From positions 1 through 45,813 of the forward strand of contig JAFGJV010000012.1 in NCBI GenBank assembly GCA_016928955.1: DNA of 45,813 nucleotides, written 5' to 3'. Below are positions 1-9,324 of the stretch, piece after piece; the first letter of the stretch is position 1; each line of letters starts with the position of its first letter. The translations under genes were made by a program, and so were the position numbers. The notes under the pieces are model-generated. The model was not told the origin of the DNA and did not search any database. It saw nothing but the letters and a program-made list of their open reading frames with translations. The stretch is from Spirochaetales bacterium. GTDB lineage: Bacteria; Spirochaetota; Spirochaetia; Treponematales; UBA12059.

Positions 1-51
1 CTTGCCGGCCTTTGGATGAGCGCGCGTCCTGCGCGCCAAGCCACCGAACGG

Positions 52-1479
52 TCACTTGGCGTACCTGTCGGCAAAGGCTATCAAGGCATCACGGAAAGCG
101 TTCTCCGGTGGCTTGACTAGGCCGGCGCCGACCATGCCGATGCCGGGATCCTTGTGCGCTATGCCCGTGTTGATGGCCGGCAGGATGCCCGTGTCCACCA
201 CCTTGCGGACGTCTATGCCCGTGGGCGTGCCGCGGAAGTCCAGGGCCGGTATCTGGTAGGCGTCGTTCTCCGCGGCCGTGATCTCGTACATGCGCAGGGT
301 CACGTTCACGGCGTCCGCCGGGGAGCCGCCCACGAATTTGACGATGGCCGGCGCGGCCGCCATGGCAAAGCCGCCTATGCCTGAGGTTTCCGTTATCACG
401 GAGTCGCCTATGTCCCGCGCCGCGTGCTCGGGACCGTAGCCCGGCAGGTACAGGCCGTCCACCACGCCGGCGGGGCCGGTGAACCAGCGGCCGGGCAGGC
501 CGGACAGTCGGATGCCAAACTCGGTGCCATTGCGGGCCATGGTGGTGATGATGGAGCTTCCCTCTATGCCGGCCGCGGCGTCCACTGTGCACTTGGCGCT
601 GGGCATGGTCAGGTTGAGGAAGAAATGGTCGTTGGCGTTGAGGAAGGACAGGACCTTGGCCAGCTGGTCGCGGGGACGGTCCAGGGCCACGATGAAGGGA
701 GCCAGCTCGCGGATCACGATGGACGTGCCCGCCCGGTTGCGGTTGTGTCCCTCGTCTCCCATCTGGAGGACCTGGGCTATGATGGTCTTCATGTCCAGCT
801 GGCCTCTCGCGGCAAGGGCTTCCGACAGGACGGGCGCCAGCTCGTCGCGCATCCAGCGCAGCCGCTCTATGACCTCGGGTCCGTAGGCGCCGTAACGCAG
901 CACCTTGCCCAGGCCCTCGTTCAGGGTACAGTACGCCGTGTTCCCAAAGGCCTTGTTTTCCACTATCCACACGGGCATGTGCGCCGTCATGACGCCGGCC
1001 ATGGGGCCCACGGCGTCGTGGTGGTGGCAGGAATCAAAGCGGATCGTGCCGGACGACGCCAGGCGCTCGGCCTCCTCGGGCGTGCCAGCAAGGCCTTCGT
1101 ATATGAGTCCGCCCATGATGGCGCCGCGCATGGGGCCGCACATGTCTTTCCAGGCCACCGGAGGCCCGGAGTGCAGGATCAGGTCCGTTGCCATGCCCGG
1201 CACCGTGTCCAGGGCCAGGCCTATGCCGGTCACGGTGGGCTTGGCCGAAAGGATCCGACGCACGGCTTCCGCGTTGGCGGCTTCTATGTCGACGCGGGCT
1301 CCGGCGGCCAGCCTGTCCAGGGCGGCCATGGCCGCTGTATCCCCGCCGGCCGGCGGTTTCCAGTCCACGTGCACGACGGGAGCGCCGGCGGCGGCCAGGT
1401 TGTCGGCAAAGGATTGCAGGCCCAGGTTGAGGGCAGACAGGGGTTTGGAAAAGAGTTCGTTGATCGCGGTGTTGTTCAT
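52..1479 (-). CDS. DUF1116 family protein (YahG/YlbE(AllG)-like), 475 aa
   Basis: Start reassigned to ATG at 1479 (MNNTAINELFSKPL): GGAGG upstream and ATGA overlap with the fdrA stop. Motifs LHSGPP, CHHHDAVGPMAG, MGDEGHNRN, MARNG, DIGDS and INTGIAHK match YahG/YlbE. The N-terminal VVHVDWKPPAGG segment is YahG-like. Confidence 0.88.
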   Translation of the reverse strand: MNNTAINELFSKPLSALNLGLQSFADNLAAAGAPVVHVDWKPPAGGDTAAMAALDRLAAGARVDIEAANAEAVRRILSAKPTVTGIGLALDTVPGMATDLILHSGPPVAWKDMCGPMRGAIMGGLIYEGLAGTPEEAERLASSGTIRFDSCHHHDAVGPMAGVMTAHMPVWIVENKAFGNTAYCTLNEGLGKVLRYGAYGPEVIERLRWMRDELAPVLSEALAARGQLDMKTIIAQVLQMGDEGHNRNRAGTSIVIRELAPFIVALDRPRDQLAKVLSFLNANDHFFLNLTMPSAKCTVDAAAGIEGSSIITTMARNGTEFGIRLSGLPGRWFTGPAGVVDGLYLPGYGPEHAARDIGDSVITETSGIGGFAMAAAPAIVKFVGGSPADAVNVTLRMYEITAAENDAYQIPALDFRGTPTGIDVRKVVDTGILPAINTGIAHKDPGIGMVGAGLVKPPENAFRDALIAFADRYAK

Positions 1480-3083
1480 GCCCGCCCTCCTTGGGCCAGC
1501 TTGGCAATGGCTATGGCCAGCCTGGCCGCCCTGACGTTGGACGGCATGACCACCACGCCTTCCGCTTCCAAAACAGCCACCTGGGCGGAGTAGCCCTGGG
1601 GATCGGCCGGGGTGCCCGTGACGGACGCGACCACTGGCAGGTAGCCGCCCCGCGATGTGGCCGCGGCCCGGGCGGCGCGTATGGCCGGGGCGCATGCGCC
1701 CGCCGGGTCAGGATGGGAACCGTAGCCGAGCACAAGGTCCAGGAGTATGACCGCGGTTTCGCCGTCGGCGCCTTCCTGGACTATGCGCTCCGCGCGGGCT
1801 GCCGGGTCTATCATGGGGTGGGGCTTGCCCGAGGTGAACGCGTCGTCGCCAAGATCGACTATGGCATGCCCTTCCGAACGGAACGGGTCGGCCATGAGCC
1901 AAGCGGGGTCTGTCTGGTTGTTGGAGCGCACGCCGCCAAGCTGGGCGTGGGCCAGGAAGAGGGCCTCGTCCGCCAGGGTGCCGCCTGTGTACAGGCCGCG
2001 CAGATAGCGCTGGGCGGGGGACAGGCGGCGGGCCTCGTCCGCGGCCAGTTCGTCTATGCGGGAAGGCCGCGGCTTGTTGTAGTGGTCGTTGCCCGAATCC
2101 TCGAGCATGAGGGCGCGTGCCTGCATGGGGCCGTCGGCCCCTCCTGCCAGGAGGGACGCCAGCAGGGCTGCTTCCTCCAGGTCCGACGCGTACGCTATGC
2201 GCTCCTCGTCCGCCGCCGGCGGCATGCCAAGGAAGAAGGCCACGGCGGGCTTGCCGGCGGACCTGAGGGCGTCTAGCACGGTTTTTGCCACGTCCGGGGC
2301 CGGCGGTTTGCTCACGAGCGCGATCACCGACGTGGCCGGATCCGCGGCCAGGGCCCGGATGGCCAAGAGGCTGGTACGGCCGCCCACGGCCGCGTTTTTG
2401 AGGTCGCGACCGCCCGTGCCTATGGCCTGGCTGACGCCGGAGCCAAAGCGGTCCAGCAGGCAGCTGACCTCCTGGAGCCCCGTGCCGGACGCGGCCACAA
2501 TGCCCACGTTCCCCCGGCGCACCGCGTTGGCAAAGCACAGGGGCTTGCCGTTGATGATGGCCGTGCCGCAGTCAGGCCCCATCATCAAGAGGCCCTTGGA
2601 CGACGCCAGGGTTTTCAGGGCAACCTCGTCGTCCAGTGACACGTTGTCCGAGAACAGCATGACATGCATGCCGGCGTCCAGGGCCTTGCGAGCCTCGCGG
2701 GCGGCGTAGGTTCCGGGCACGGATATGAGGACAAGGTTGGCGTCCGGAGCCAGGGCCAGGCCCGAGGCCAGGCTTGCGGCCGTCCTGTTCCCGGCGGCCG
2801 CCCCGGTTCCGGATTTGCGCTTGAGGGCGTCAAAGGCCGCCGTGGTCGCGTCGTCCAGAACCGCGTCGGTATCCGCGTCTATGGCCACCACCAGGTCGTT
2901 TGGCGACAGGCCGGCCAATTCTTCCTTGGGAAAGCCGAGCCCGGCCAGCAGATCCACGTTCATGGGCGTGGCCATGGCAACCACGGCCTCGGCCACGCCG
3001 GGCAGGGCCTTGATGCCGCGCGTGGCCAGCATCAGGAACACCGAGTCAAAATACGTGTCCTTGCGGACGGTCAGTCGTTTCAT
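1476..3083 (-). CDS. fdrA: FdrA/YahF (AllF-like) acyl-CoA synthetase-fold protein
   Basis: YFDSVFLM N-terminus; MLFSDNV, MGPDCGT, ASGTGLQEV, GTGGRDL, GLYTGGTLADE and PHPMIDP motifs. Confidence 0.92.
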   Translation of the reverse strand: MKRLTVRKDTYFDSVFLMLATRGIKALPGVAEAVVAMATPMNVDLLAGLGFPKEELAGLSPNDLVVAIDADTDAVLDDATTAAFDALKRKSGTGAAAGNRTAASLASGLALAPDANLVLISVPGTYAAREARKALDAGMHVMLFSDNVSLDDEVALKTLASSKGLLMMGPDCGTAIINGKPLCFANAVRRGNVGIVAASGTGLQEVSCLLDRFGSGVSQAIGTGGRDLKNAAVGGRTSLLAIRALAADPATSVIALVSKPPAPDVAKTVLDALRSAGKPAVAFFLGMPPAADEERIAYASDLEEAALLASLLAGGADGPMQARALMLEDSGNDHYNKPRPSRIDELAADEARRLSPAQRYLRGLYTGGTLADEALFLAHAQLGGVRSNNQTDPAWLMADPFRSEGHAIVDLGDDAFTSGKPHPMIDPAARAERIVQEGADGETAVILLDLVLGYGSHPDPAGACAPAIRAARAAATSRGGYLPVVASVTGTPADPQGYSAQVAVLEAEGVVVMPSNVRAARLAIAIAKLAQGGRA

Positions 3084-3102
3084 GTCACCACCTGGGCTGT
3101 CG

Positions 3103-3111
3103 AGTATAGCA
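3103..3111 (-). promoter_or_regulatory. Extended -10 promoter (TGC-TATACT) upstream of fdrA
   Basis: Minus strand reads TGCTATACT, followed by an AGGTGG SD and the ATG at 3083; lies in the DUF2877-fdrA intergenic gap. Confidence 0.5.
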
Positions 3112-3199
3112 CTCCGGGCTTCCCGGAGGAAGCGTTCGGTTTTTTTACGGGCAGTTGGATACGGTGCCGCTTTCCAACAACCCGGCTGGGACGATCGTT

Positions 3200-4018
3200 T
3201 CAGGCGACCACGGCGGCGCGGATGCCTGCCGCAAGGCCCGACAGCGCGTCCCTGCCTGAACTTGCGCCGTGCCCGAGGGCGGCGCGCACGGCGGCTTCAA
3301 GGTCCGCGGCGCCGCCCGTGGCGAGCGCCAGCGCCAGGGCCACGATATACGCCGGCGGAATTCCCGCAAGGGCGCCAAGGAGGAGAGAGCGCCCGGCGGC
3401 GGTGGTCGTTCCCAGACGTTCCGCCACGCGCTCTCTCAGCTCCCCGGCTGCCTGTCCGGGAGTGCCGGCTTCCATGTCCGCCGCGGCCAGATAGCCGGCT
3501 AGCCAGTCGTCGCCGGCCGGTGTGGTACCCGGCCCAAAGCCCACCAGATTGGCCGGAAAGCCGTCGGCGGCTTCCAGGGCAGCAAAGCCGGACGCAAAAG
3601 GGCCGCCTCCGTGAATGCCGTAATCCTCGCCGTCAGGGTCGGCGGCGCGCATGGCTTCTTGGAGCATGGCCTCCATGGACGCGACGCTCCTGGGCGGTCT
3701 GCCTGCCCGCCTGATCAGCGGCCGCGGATCCCAAACAGATGCCTCCGAAAAATCCAGCGTCGCGCGGCCAGCGCAAAGCAGGCGCGAGCCGTCCCACCCT
3801 ACCATGGCGTTCTGGGAATCGAGCAGCGGCTCCAGCTCGTTCCTGAACCGCGCCCATTCGCCATGGCCCATGGCCCGGGCCTCCATGTCGGACTTGCGGG
3901 CCACCACGCTCACCAGGGCTCCGTCGGGATGGAGCAGGGACACGGCCTTGGAGCCTGCCCCGACCAGGCGGGCCGACCACGGTGCTGCCGGCACCAGGAT
4001 GCCTACCAACGCTGTCAT
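3200..4018 (-). CDS. DUF2877 family protein (YahE/YlbF(AllH)-like)
   Basis: LVGFGPGTTPAGDDWLAG and GHGASSGRDALSG motifs; start at 4018 (MTALVG) preceded by GGAGG; adjacent to fdrA. Confidence 0.85.
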   Translation of the reverse strand: MTALVGILVPAAPWSARLVGAGSKAVSLLHPDGALVSVVARKSDMEARAMGHGEWARFRNELEPLLDSQNAMVGWDGSRLLCAGRATLDFSEASVWDPRPLIRRAGRPPRSVASMEAMLQEAMRAADPDGEDYGIHGGGPFASGFAALEAADGFPANLVGFGPGTTPAGDDWLAGYLAAADMEAGTPGQAAGELRERVAERLGTTTAAGRSLLLGALAGIPPAYIVALALALATGGAADLEAAVRAALGHGASSGRDALSGLAAGIRAAVVA

Positions 4019-4087
4019 AGCCGCCCCTCCCCGACGACAAGGGGCCGCCATGGGCGACCCCTTGATGCACAACCGGTCGCTGTTCCG

Positions 4088-5350
4088 TCAGCCCTCTGAC
4101 TTGGTGATGTCCTTGGGCCTGAGTATCAGGTTGAGCACGATGCCGACGATGGCCGCCAGGCCCAGGCCGGACAGGTTGATGTTGCCGAACTTGAAGGCCG
4201 CCCCGCCAAGGCCGAGCACCAGCATGGCTGCGGTGATGATCAGCAGTTTTGGATTGGACAGGTTGACCTTGGCGTCCACCATGTTCTTGACGCCTATGGA
4301 CGAAATCATGCCGAAAAGCAGGATCGATATGCCGCCTATGACCGGCCCCGGTATGGTGCCGATGAGCGCGGTGAATTTGGGCACCAGGGACAGCACGATG
4401 GCAAAACAGGCGGCTATGCGCATGACCCAGGGATTGGTCACGCCGGTCAGCGCAACGGCGCCGGTGTTCTCGCTGTAGGTGGTGTTGGCGGGTCCGCCGA
4501 TGAGCGCCGCCAGGGACGTGGCTAGGCCGTCGCCTATCAGGGTGCGGTGGATGCCGGGGTCTTTGATAAAGTCGCGGCCCACCACGTTGCCGATGGCCAG
4601 CACGTCGCCAAAATGCTCCACCATGGTGACAATGGCTATGGGCACCATCACCGTGATGGCCTCAACCGAGAATTTTGGCAGGCTGAATTTTGGCAAGCCT
4701 ATCCAGGCCGCGTCGCCCACCGCCTTGAAGTCCACGATACCCAGAATGAGGGCCAGGATGTAGCCGGCTACCAGCGCGATGAGGACGGGCAGGTTGGACA
4801 TGAACTTCCAGCCGAATTTTGGGAAGGCGATTTTTACGAACACGCCCGCGGCGAAGGTGAACAGGGCCAGTCCCCAGCAGCCGTTTTCCCCTATGGCCTG
4901 GGCCACGGCGGGGGAGTTGGTGCCGTTGGCGCTCTGGATGGCCACCGGCGCCAGGATGAGGCCGATCAGGATGATCATGGGGCCCGTCACGTGGGGCGGC
5001 AGGATCTTGTGCAGGTTCTCGTAGGAGACGAATTTGAAGATGACGGCCACGATCACGTAGAGGATGCCGGCTACGACTATGCCTCCAAGCGCATACGGCA
5101 GGCCCTGGCTGGCTCCCACGGCCGCTATGCCGGGTATGAAGGCAAAGGAACTGCCCAGGAACACGGGCACCTTGAACGCCGTCACCAGGTGGAACAGCCA
5201 GGTCCCAAGTCCCGCGGCGAACAACGTAACTCCCACGTCCAGTCCCGTGAGAATGGGAACCAGCACCGTCGCTCCGAACATCACAAAGGTGTGCTGGAGA
5301 CCGAGCACCACGGTTTTGCCGGTGATCGGTTCGTTCAGGGATTCTGCCAT
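4088..5350 (-). CDS. NCS2 nucleobase:cation symporter, UraA/PyrP (uracil)-like
   Basis: LGLQHTFVMFG, LGSSFAF, MVEHFGD and the NCS2 signature NTTYSENTGAVALTG; many hydrophobic helices. Confidence 0.9.
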   Translation of the reverse strand: MAESLNEPITGKTVVLGLQHTFVMFGATVLVPILTGLDVGVTLFAAGLGTWLFHLVTAFKVPVFLGSSFAFIPGIAAVGASQGLPYALGGIVVAGILYVIVAVIFKFVSYENLHKILPPHVTGPMIILIGLILAPVAIQSANGTNSPAVAQAIGENGCWGLALFTFAAGVFVKIAFPKFGWKFMSNLPVLIALVAGYILALILGIVDFKAVGDAAWIGLPKFSLPKFSVEAITVMVPIAIVTMVEHFGDVLAIGNVVGRDFIKDPGIHRTLIGDGLATSLAALIGGPANTTYSENTGAVALTGVTNPWVMRIAACFAIVLSLVPKFTALIGTIPGPVIGGISILLFGMISSIGVKNMVDAKVNLSNPKLLIITAAMLVLGLGGAAFKFGNINLSGLGLAAIVGIVLNLILRPKDITKSEG

Positions 5351-5433
5351 GTACGCCTCCTAGAACGTAGAGCGTGCGGTCTCCGCCAGGGGAGCCGCCA
5401 GAGCCAGGTTTTAAGCGTCCGGCGTCGGGCCGT

Positions 5434-7869
5434 TCATTCCTTTGGCCGGGCCTCCGGCGCCGAGCGGCATGAGCCGACCGGCGATTTGGTTATCCAGTTG
5501 TCTATGGGCTCACGGTTTTCCAGGGCGCGCCACACGTCCTCAAAGCGCATGGGCATGTGGGTGAGCTCGGCGCCCGTGGCTTTCTGTATGGCGTTGCCCA
5601 AGGCGGGCGCCACTGAAATCATGGAATGCTCGCCCACGCCGCGCGCGCCGTACGGGCCGTCTATCTGCGGGGTTTCCACCACGGCGCATTCAACTTCCAG
5701 CGGGAGGTCCTTGGCCGTGGGTATCTTGTTGTCCGTGAACGACGGGTTGAGCAGGCGCCCATCCTTGTCGTATATGTAGCCCTCGCAGGTGGCCGTGCCC
5801 AGGCCCTGCATCATGCCGCCTATGGCCTGACCGCGCACCATGTCCGGGTTGATGGCCCGGCCCACGTCGTACACGCTGGCCACCTTGAGCACGCGGTACT
5901 CGCCGGATTCCTCGTTCACTTCCACGATCATGCCGTGGGCGCCAAAGGTCCAATCCAGGGCCGGGGTGCCCTCGCCGGTTTCCTTGTTCAGGTTGGACAG
6001 GCCCTGGGCTATGTAGCGGCCCACGCCTATGAGCGGACCGCCTATGCCGTTGCCGTTGGGCAGGGCCAGTCCCACGGCCATGGAGCTGAAGCTCACGCCT
6101 TTGTCCGGATGGTGGCGCAGGAACACGCGCTCGCCGTCGTGCGCCAGGTCGCGCGGATTGGCGTGCAGGGCCTGCGCGGCCACGTCGTAGGCGTTCTTGA
6201 GAAGGTCCTCGGCGGCCAGGATGGCGGCGTTGCCTGAAAGGACCAGGCCCTTGGACGCCACGGTCTGCCAGTCGTAGGGATCGCGGTCCGTGTCGTTCTC
6301 GAAGGCCACGCGGATTTTCTTGGGAGGGAAACCCAGGCGCTCGGCCACGATCTGCCTGATGGACGTGTAGGTGCCCTGGCCGTAATCGGTCAGGGCCAGG
6401 TTGACCAGCACCGAGCCGTCCTCGTTCATCTTGAGGATCACGGCCGTGGCGGTGAAGGGCGGCATGGCCGGGGCTTTGTGCAGGGCGGCCACGCCCTTGC
6501 CTATCTTCCAGCCGGTTTGTTTCTGGCGTTCCTTCTCCTCGGGCGTCAGGTCTCCGTAATGGATGCGCCTGGCCGCGTCTTCTATGCACGCCACCACGTT
6601 GCCCGTGTTTTTCTGGATGGTCTCGCCGGTCAGGGTCTTGGAGCCCGGTCGGAGGGCGTTCTTGAGCCTGAACAGCAGGGGATCCATGCCTATGGCCTGG
6701 GCCACAAGTTCCATGTGGCGCTCAACGGCCCAGTGGAATTCCACGTGCCCAAAGCCGCGGTACGCCGTGCCGTAGGGCTTGTTGGTGTATATGGTGTATG
6801 CGTCCACCCAGGCGTTGGGGATTTCGTAGGGGCCGGAGGCGGAGTAGCCGGACGCGCGCGTCACGTTGACCGCGTAGTCCGCGTAGGCTCCCGAGTCCCA
6901 GTACATGGTCATCTGCTGGGCGACGATCTTGCCCTCGGCCGACACGCCGGTCTTGATGCGGTAGGTCAGCGCCGAGCGGCAGGGCAGGAGGCTGAATTCC
7001 TCCTCGCGCGTGGCCTGGAACTTGACCGGCCGCCCGCCCGCCTTGCGCGACAGGACGGCGCAGAGGGGCTCCACGCCTATGCCTGCCTTGCCGCCAAAGC
7101 CGCCCCCCACGTAGGGTATCTGCACGCGCACCTGGGCGTGGGCCAGGCCAAAGGCGTGGCAGAACAGGTTGCGCACGGTGAAGGGTGACTGGGCGCTGGT
7201 CCAGATGGACACCCGGTCGCCCTTGCCCCACTGCACGATGGCCACATGCGTCTCCATGGGCACGTGCTGGACCGAGGGGCAGTCGTATTCCCGTTCCACG
7301 ATGTAGGCCGCCTCGGCAAAGCCCTTGTCCACGTCGCCCTTGCGCAGCTTGGTGTGGTTGGCGATGTTGGTTCCGGGCATGGGCGTGAACGCGGCGGCCA
7401 CGTAGCCGTAGGATCCCAGGTCGGGGTGTACGAGGGGCGCGTCGGGTTTCAGGGCGTCCATGTGGTGGAGCACGGGCGGGAGGACCTCGTATTCCACCTC
7501 GATGGCGTCCGCGGCGGCGCGGGCTTCTTCCAGGCTGTCGGCGGCCACGGCGGCCACTGCCTCTCCGTAATGCCGCACCTCGCCCTTGGCCAGCACATAC
7601 TTGTCCACAATGTAGAGCCCTATGTGCACGTCCACCTCGTCGCCGGTGATGATGGCGCGGACGCCCGGCATGGCGGCGGCCTTGCCGGTGTCTATGCGGA
7701 CTATGCGCGCGCGCGCGTGGGGGCTCTTCTTTACCTGGGCGTGGAGCATGCCCGGTAGGCGCATGTCGCTGACGTAGGTGGCCTCGCCGGTCAGCTTTTC
7801 CATGGTGTCTGGGCGGTCGGAGGACCTGCCCACGTAGGCCAGCTCCTCAGGGCGCTTGTCGTCAAACAT
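5434..7869 (-). CDS. Xanthine dehydrogenase-family molybdopterin-binding subunit
   Basis: QHVPMET, GGGFGGK, AYRGFG, GQGT, GGMMQGLG and ARGVGE motifs; 811 aa. Confidence 0.93.
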   Translation of the reverse strand: MFDDKRPEELAYVGRSSDRPDTMEKLTGEATYVSDMRLPGMLHAQVKKSPHARARIVRIDTGKAAAMPGVRAIITGDEVDVHIGLYIVDKYVLAKGEVRHYGEAVAAVAADSLEEARAAADAIEVEYEVLPPVLHHMDALKPDAPLVHPDLGSYGYVAAAFTPMPGTNIANHTKLRKGDVDKGFAEAAYIVEREYDCPSVQHVPMETHVAIVQWGKGDRVSIWTSAQSPFTVRNLFCHAFGLAHAQVRVQIPYVGGGFGGKAGIGVEPLCAVLSRKAGGRPVKFQATREEEFSLLPCRSALTYRIKTGVSAEGKIVAQQMTMYWDSGAYADYAVNVTRASGYSASGPYEIPNAWVDAYTIYTNKPYGTAYRGFGHVEFHWAVERHMELVAQAIGMDPLLFRLKNALRPGSKTLTGETIQKNTGNVVACIEDAARRIHYGDLTPEEKERQKQTGWKIGKGVAALHKAPAMPPFTATAVILKMNEDGSVLVNLALTDYGQGTYTSIRQIVAERLGFPPKKIRVAFENDTDRDPYDWQTVASKGLVLSGNAAILAAEDLLKNAYDVAAQALHANPRDLAHDGERVFLRHHPDKGVSFSSMAVGLALPNGNGIGGPLIGVGRYIAQGLSNLNKETGEGTPALDWTFGAHGMIVEVNEESGEYRVLKVASVYDVGRAINPDMVRGQAIGGMMQGLGTATCEGYIYDKDGRLLNPSFTDNKIPTAKDLPLEVECAVVETPQIDGPYGARGVGEHSMISVAPALGNAIQKATGAELTHMPMRFEDVWRALENREPIDNWITKSPVGSCRSAPEARPKE

Positions 7870-8344
7870 GGTCCAGCCCTCCCTTGGCGCCCGTGCCGGT
7901 CAGTTCGGTCACCGCTTCCACAATCTGCGTGTAGCCGGTGCAGCGGCAGAAATTGCCCTCCACCGCCTCCTTGATGGCGTCCACGGACGGATGGGGATCT
8001 GAGGCCAGCAGTTCTTTCACAGACATGACCATGCCCGGCGTGCAGAAGCCGCACTGCACGGCGTGGTTGCGCTCGAACGACGCCTGTATGTCCGACAGGG
8101 TGGGCCCTTTGGCCTCGCCCTCTATGGTCTGGATGACGGCGCCGTCGGCCTCGGCAGCCAGGACCATGCACGAGTTGACAGCGCGCCCGTTCATGATGAC
8201 GGTGCAGGCCCCGCACTCGCCCATGCCGCAGCCTTCCTTGGTGCCGGTAAGGCCCAGGGTCTCGCGGATGAAACGGAGCAGGGTATGGTGCTCGGCGCAC
8301 TCGCGTTCATAGCGGTCGCCGTTGACGGTGAGCGTGATCTTCAT
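7862..8344 (-). CDS. Molybdenum hydroxylase small (2x[2Fe-2S]) subunit
   Basis: GTKEGCGMGECGACTV, QCGFCTPG and NFCRCTGY motifs. Confidence 0.95.
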   Translation of the reverse strand: MKITLTVNGDRYERECAEHHTLLRFIRETLGLTGTKEGCGMGECGACTVIMNGRAVNSCMVLAAEADGAVIQTIEGEAKGPTLSDIQASFERNHAVQCGFCTPGMVMSVKELLASDPHPSVDAIKEAVEGNFCRCTGYTQIVEAVTELTGTGAKGGLDHV

Positions 8345-9157
8345 TTACTTGACCTCCGCGAGGAGACGCCGGACAAAGACGCCTATCATGTGCTGGCGGT
8401 ACTCCTTGGTGCCGCGCACGTCGCTGATGGGCGACACCGAGCCGAGCACCGTGGCGGCCGCCTGGTCCGGGCCGTCCTTGGCCGTGACCGTATCCACGAG
8501 CACGGGCGTGGGAGCCGCCGAACTGACGCCAAAGCGCAGGGAGCCGCCCAGGCGGACAAAGAGCACGCCTACAATGCCAAGGTCGTGCCCGGCTATGCGC
8601 TTGAGCTTGAGATAGGAGCCGCGGGCTCCGGCGGACGATGCGGGCACCACGATCCTGTCCAGCCACTCGCCCGGCTTGAGCGCCGTTTTTTTGACCCCGG
8701 TGAAAAATTCCCTGAACGGCAGCTCGCGCTGGCCGGTTCCGGAGCCGATTACGGCTACGGCGTCAAGGCAGAGAAGGGCCGGGGCCATGTCGGAGCAGGG
8801 CGACGCGTTGACCACGTTGCCCGCCACGGTGGCCCTGTTGCGGACCTGGTGGCTGGCCAGCTCATGCGCGCAGGCGCAGAGCACCGGGTAGCGTTCCCTG
8901 GCGTCCTTGGAGCGCAGGATGTCGTTCACCGTTACCGCCGGACCGAGCGACAGCCCGTCCGCGCCAAGGCGCAGGCTGGAGGCATCCGGCAGCTTTTTGA
9001 CGTCGATGACCACGGACGGCTTGAACACGCCGTTCCGGATGTTCGGGATGAGGTCCGTGCCGCCCGCCAGGATCTTGCCGTCGGACGCGTGGTCGGCGAG
9101 CATGGCAGCAAGTTCCTGGGCGCTCTGCGGCGCCAGGTATCTGAATGGATGGAGCAT
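8345..9157 (-). CDS. Molybdenum hydroxylase FAD-binding subunit
   Basis: ILAGGTDL, QVRNRATVAGN, NASPCSD and PISDVRGTKEYR motifs; abuts the Fe-S subunit gene. Confidence 0.93.
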   Translation of the reverse strand: MLHPFRYLAPQSAQELAAMLADHASDGKILAGGTDLIPNIRNGVFKPSVVIDVKKLPDASSLRLGADGLSLGPAVTVNDILRSKDARERYPVLCACAHELASHQVRNRATVAGNVVNASPCSDMAPALLCLDAVAVIGSGTGQRELPFREFFTGVKKTALKPGEWLDRIVVPASSAGARGSYLKLKRIAGHDLGIVGVLFVRLGGSLRFGVSSAAPTPVLVDTVTAKDGPDQAAATVLGSVSPISDVRGTKEYRQHMIGVFVRRLLAEVK

Positions 9158-9324
9158 GGTGACCGCCTTGGGGCGCCTTTGGCGGGCGCCTGGAATGAGC
9201 CAGGACGGCCGTTCCCGTACGGAGGCGGCCGCCAGAGGCTTTGTCGGTCACTACAGTTAACGACGATACGGGAAATCAGTCAAGGAAAACCTGCCCGCGG
9301 CCCGGCTCAACCAGGATGCTGGCC

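Noticed and set aside
3112..3128. Hairpin CTCCGGG-CTT-CCCGGAG upstream of fdrA as a riboswitch or terminator
   Set aside because: Only a 7-bp stem in GC-rich DNA; no purine riboswitch consensus; no U-tract on the coding strand.
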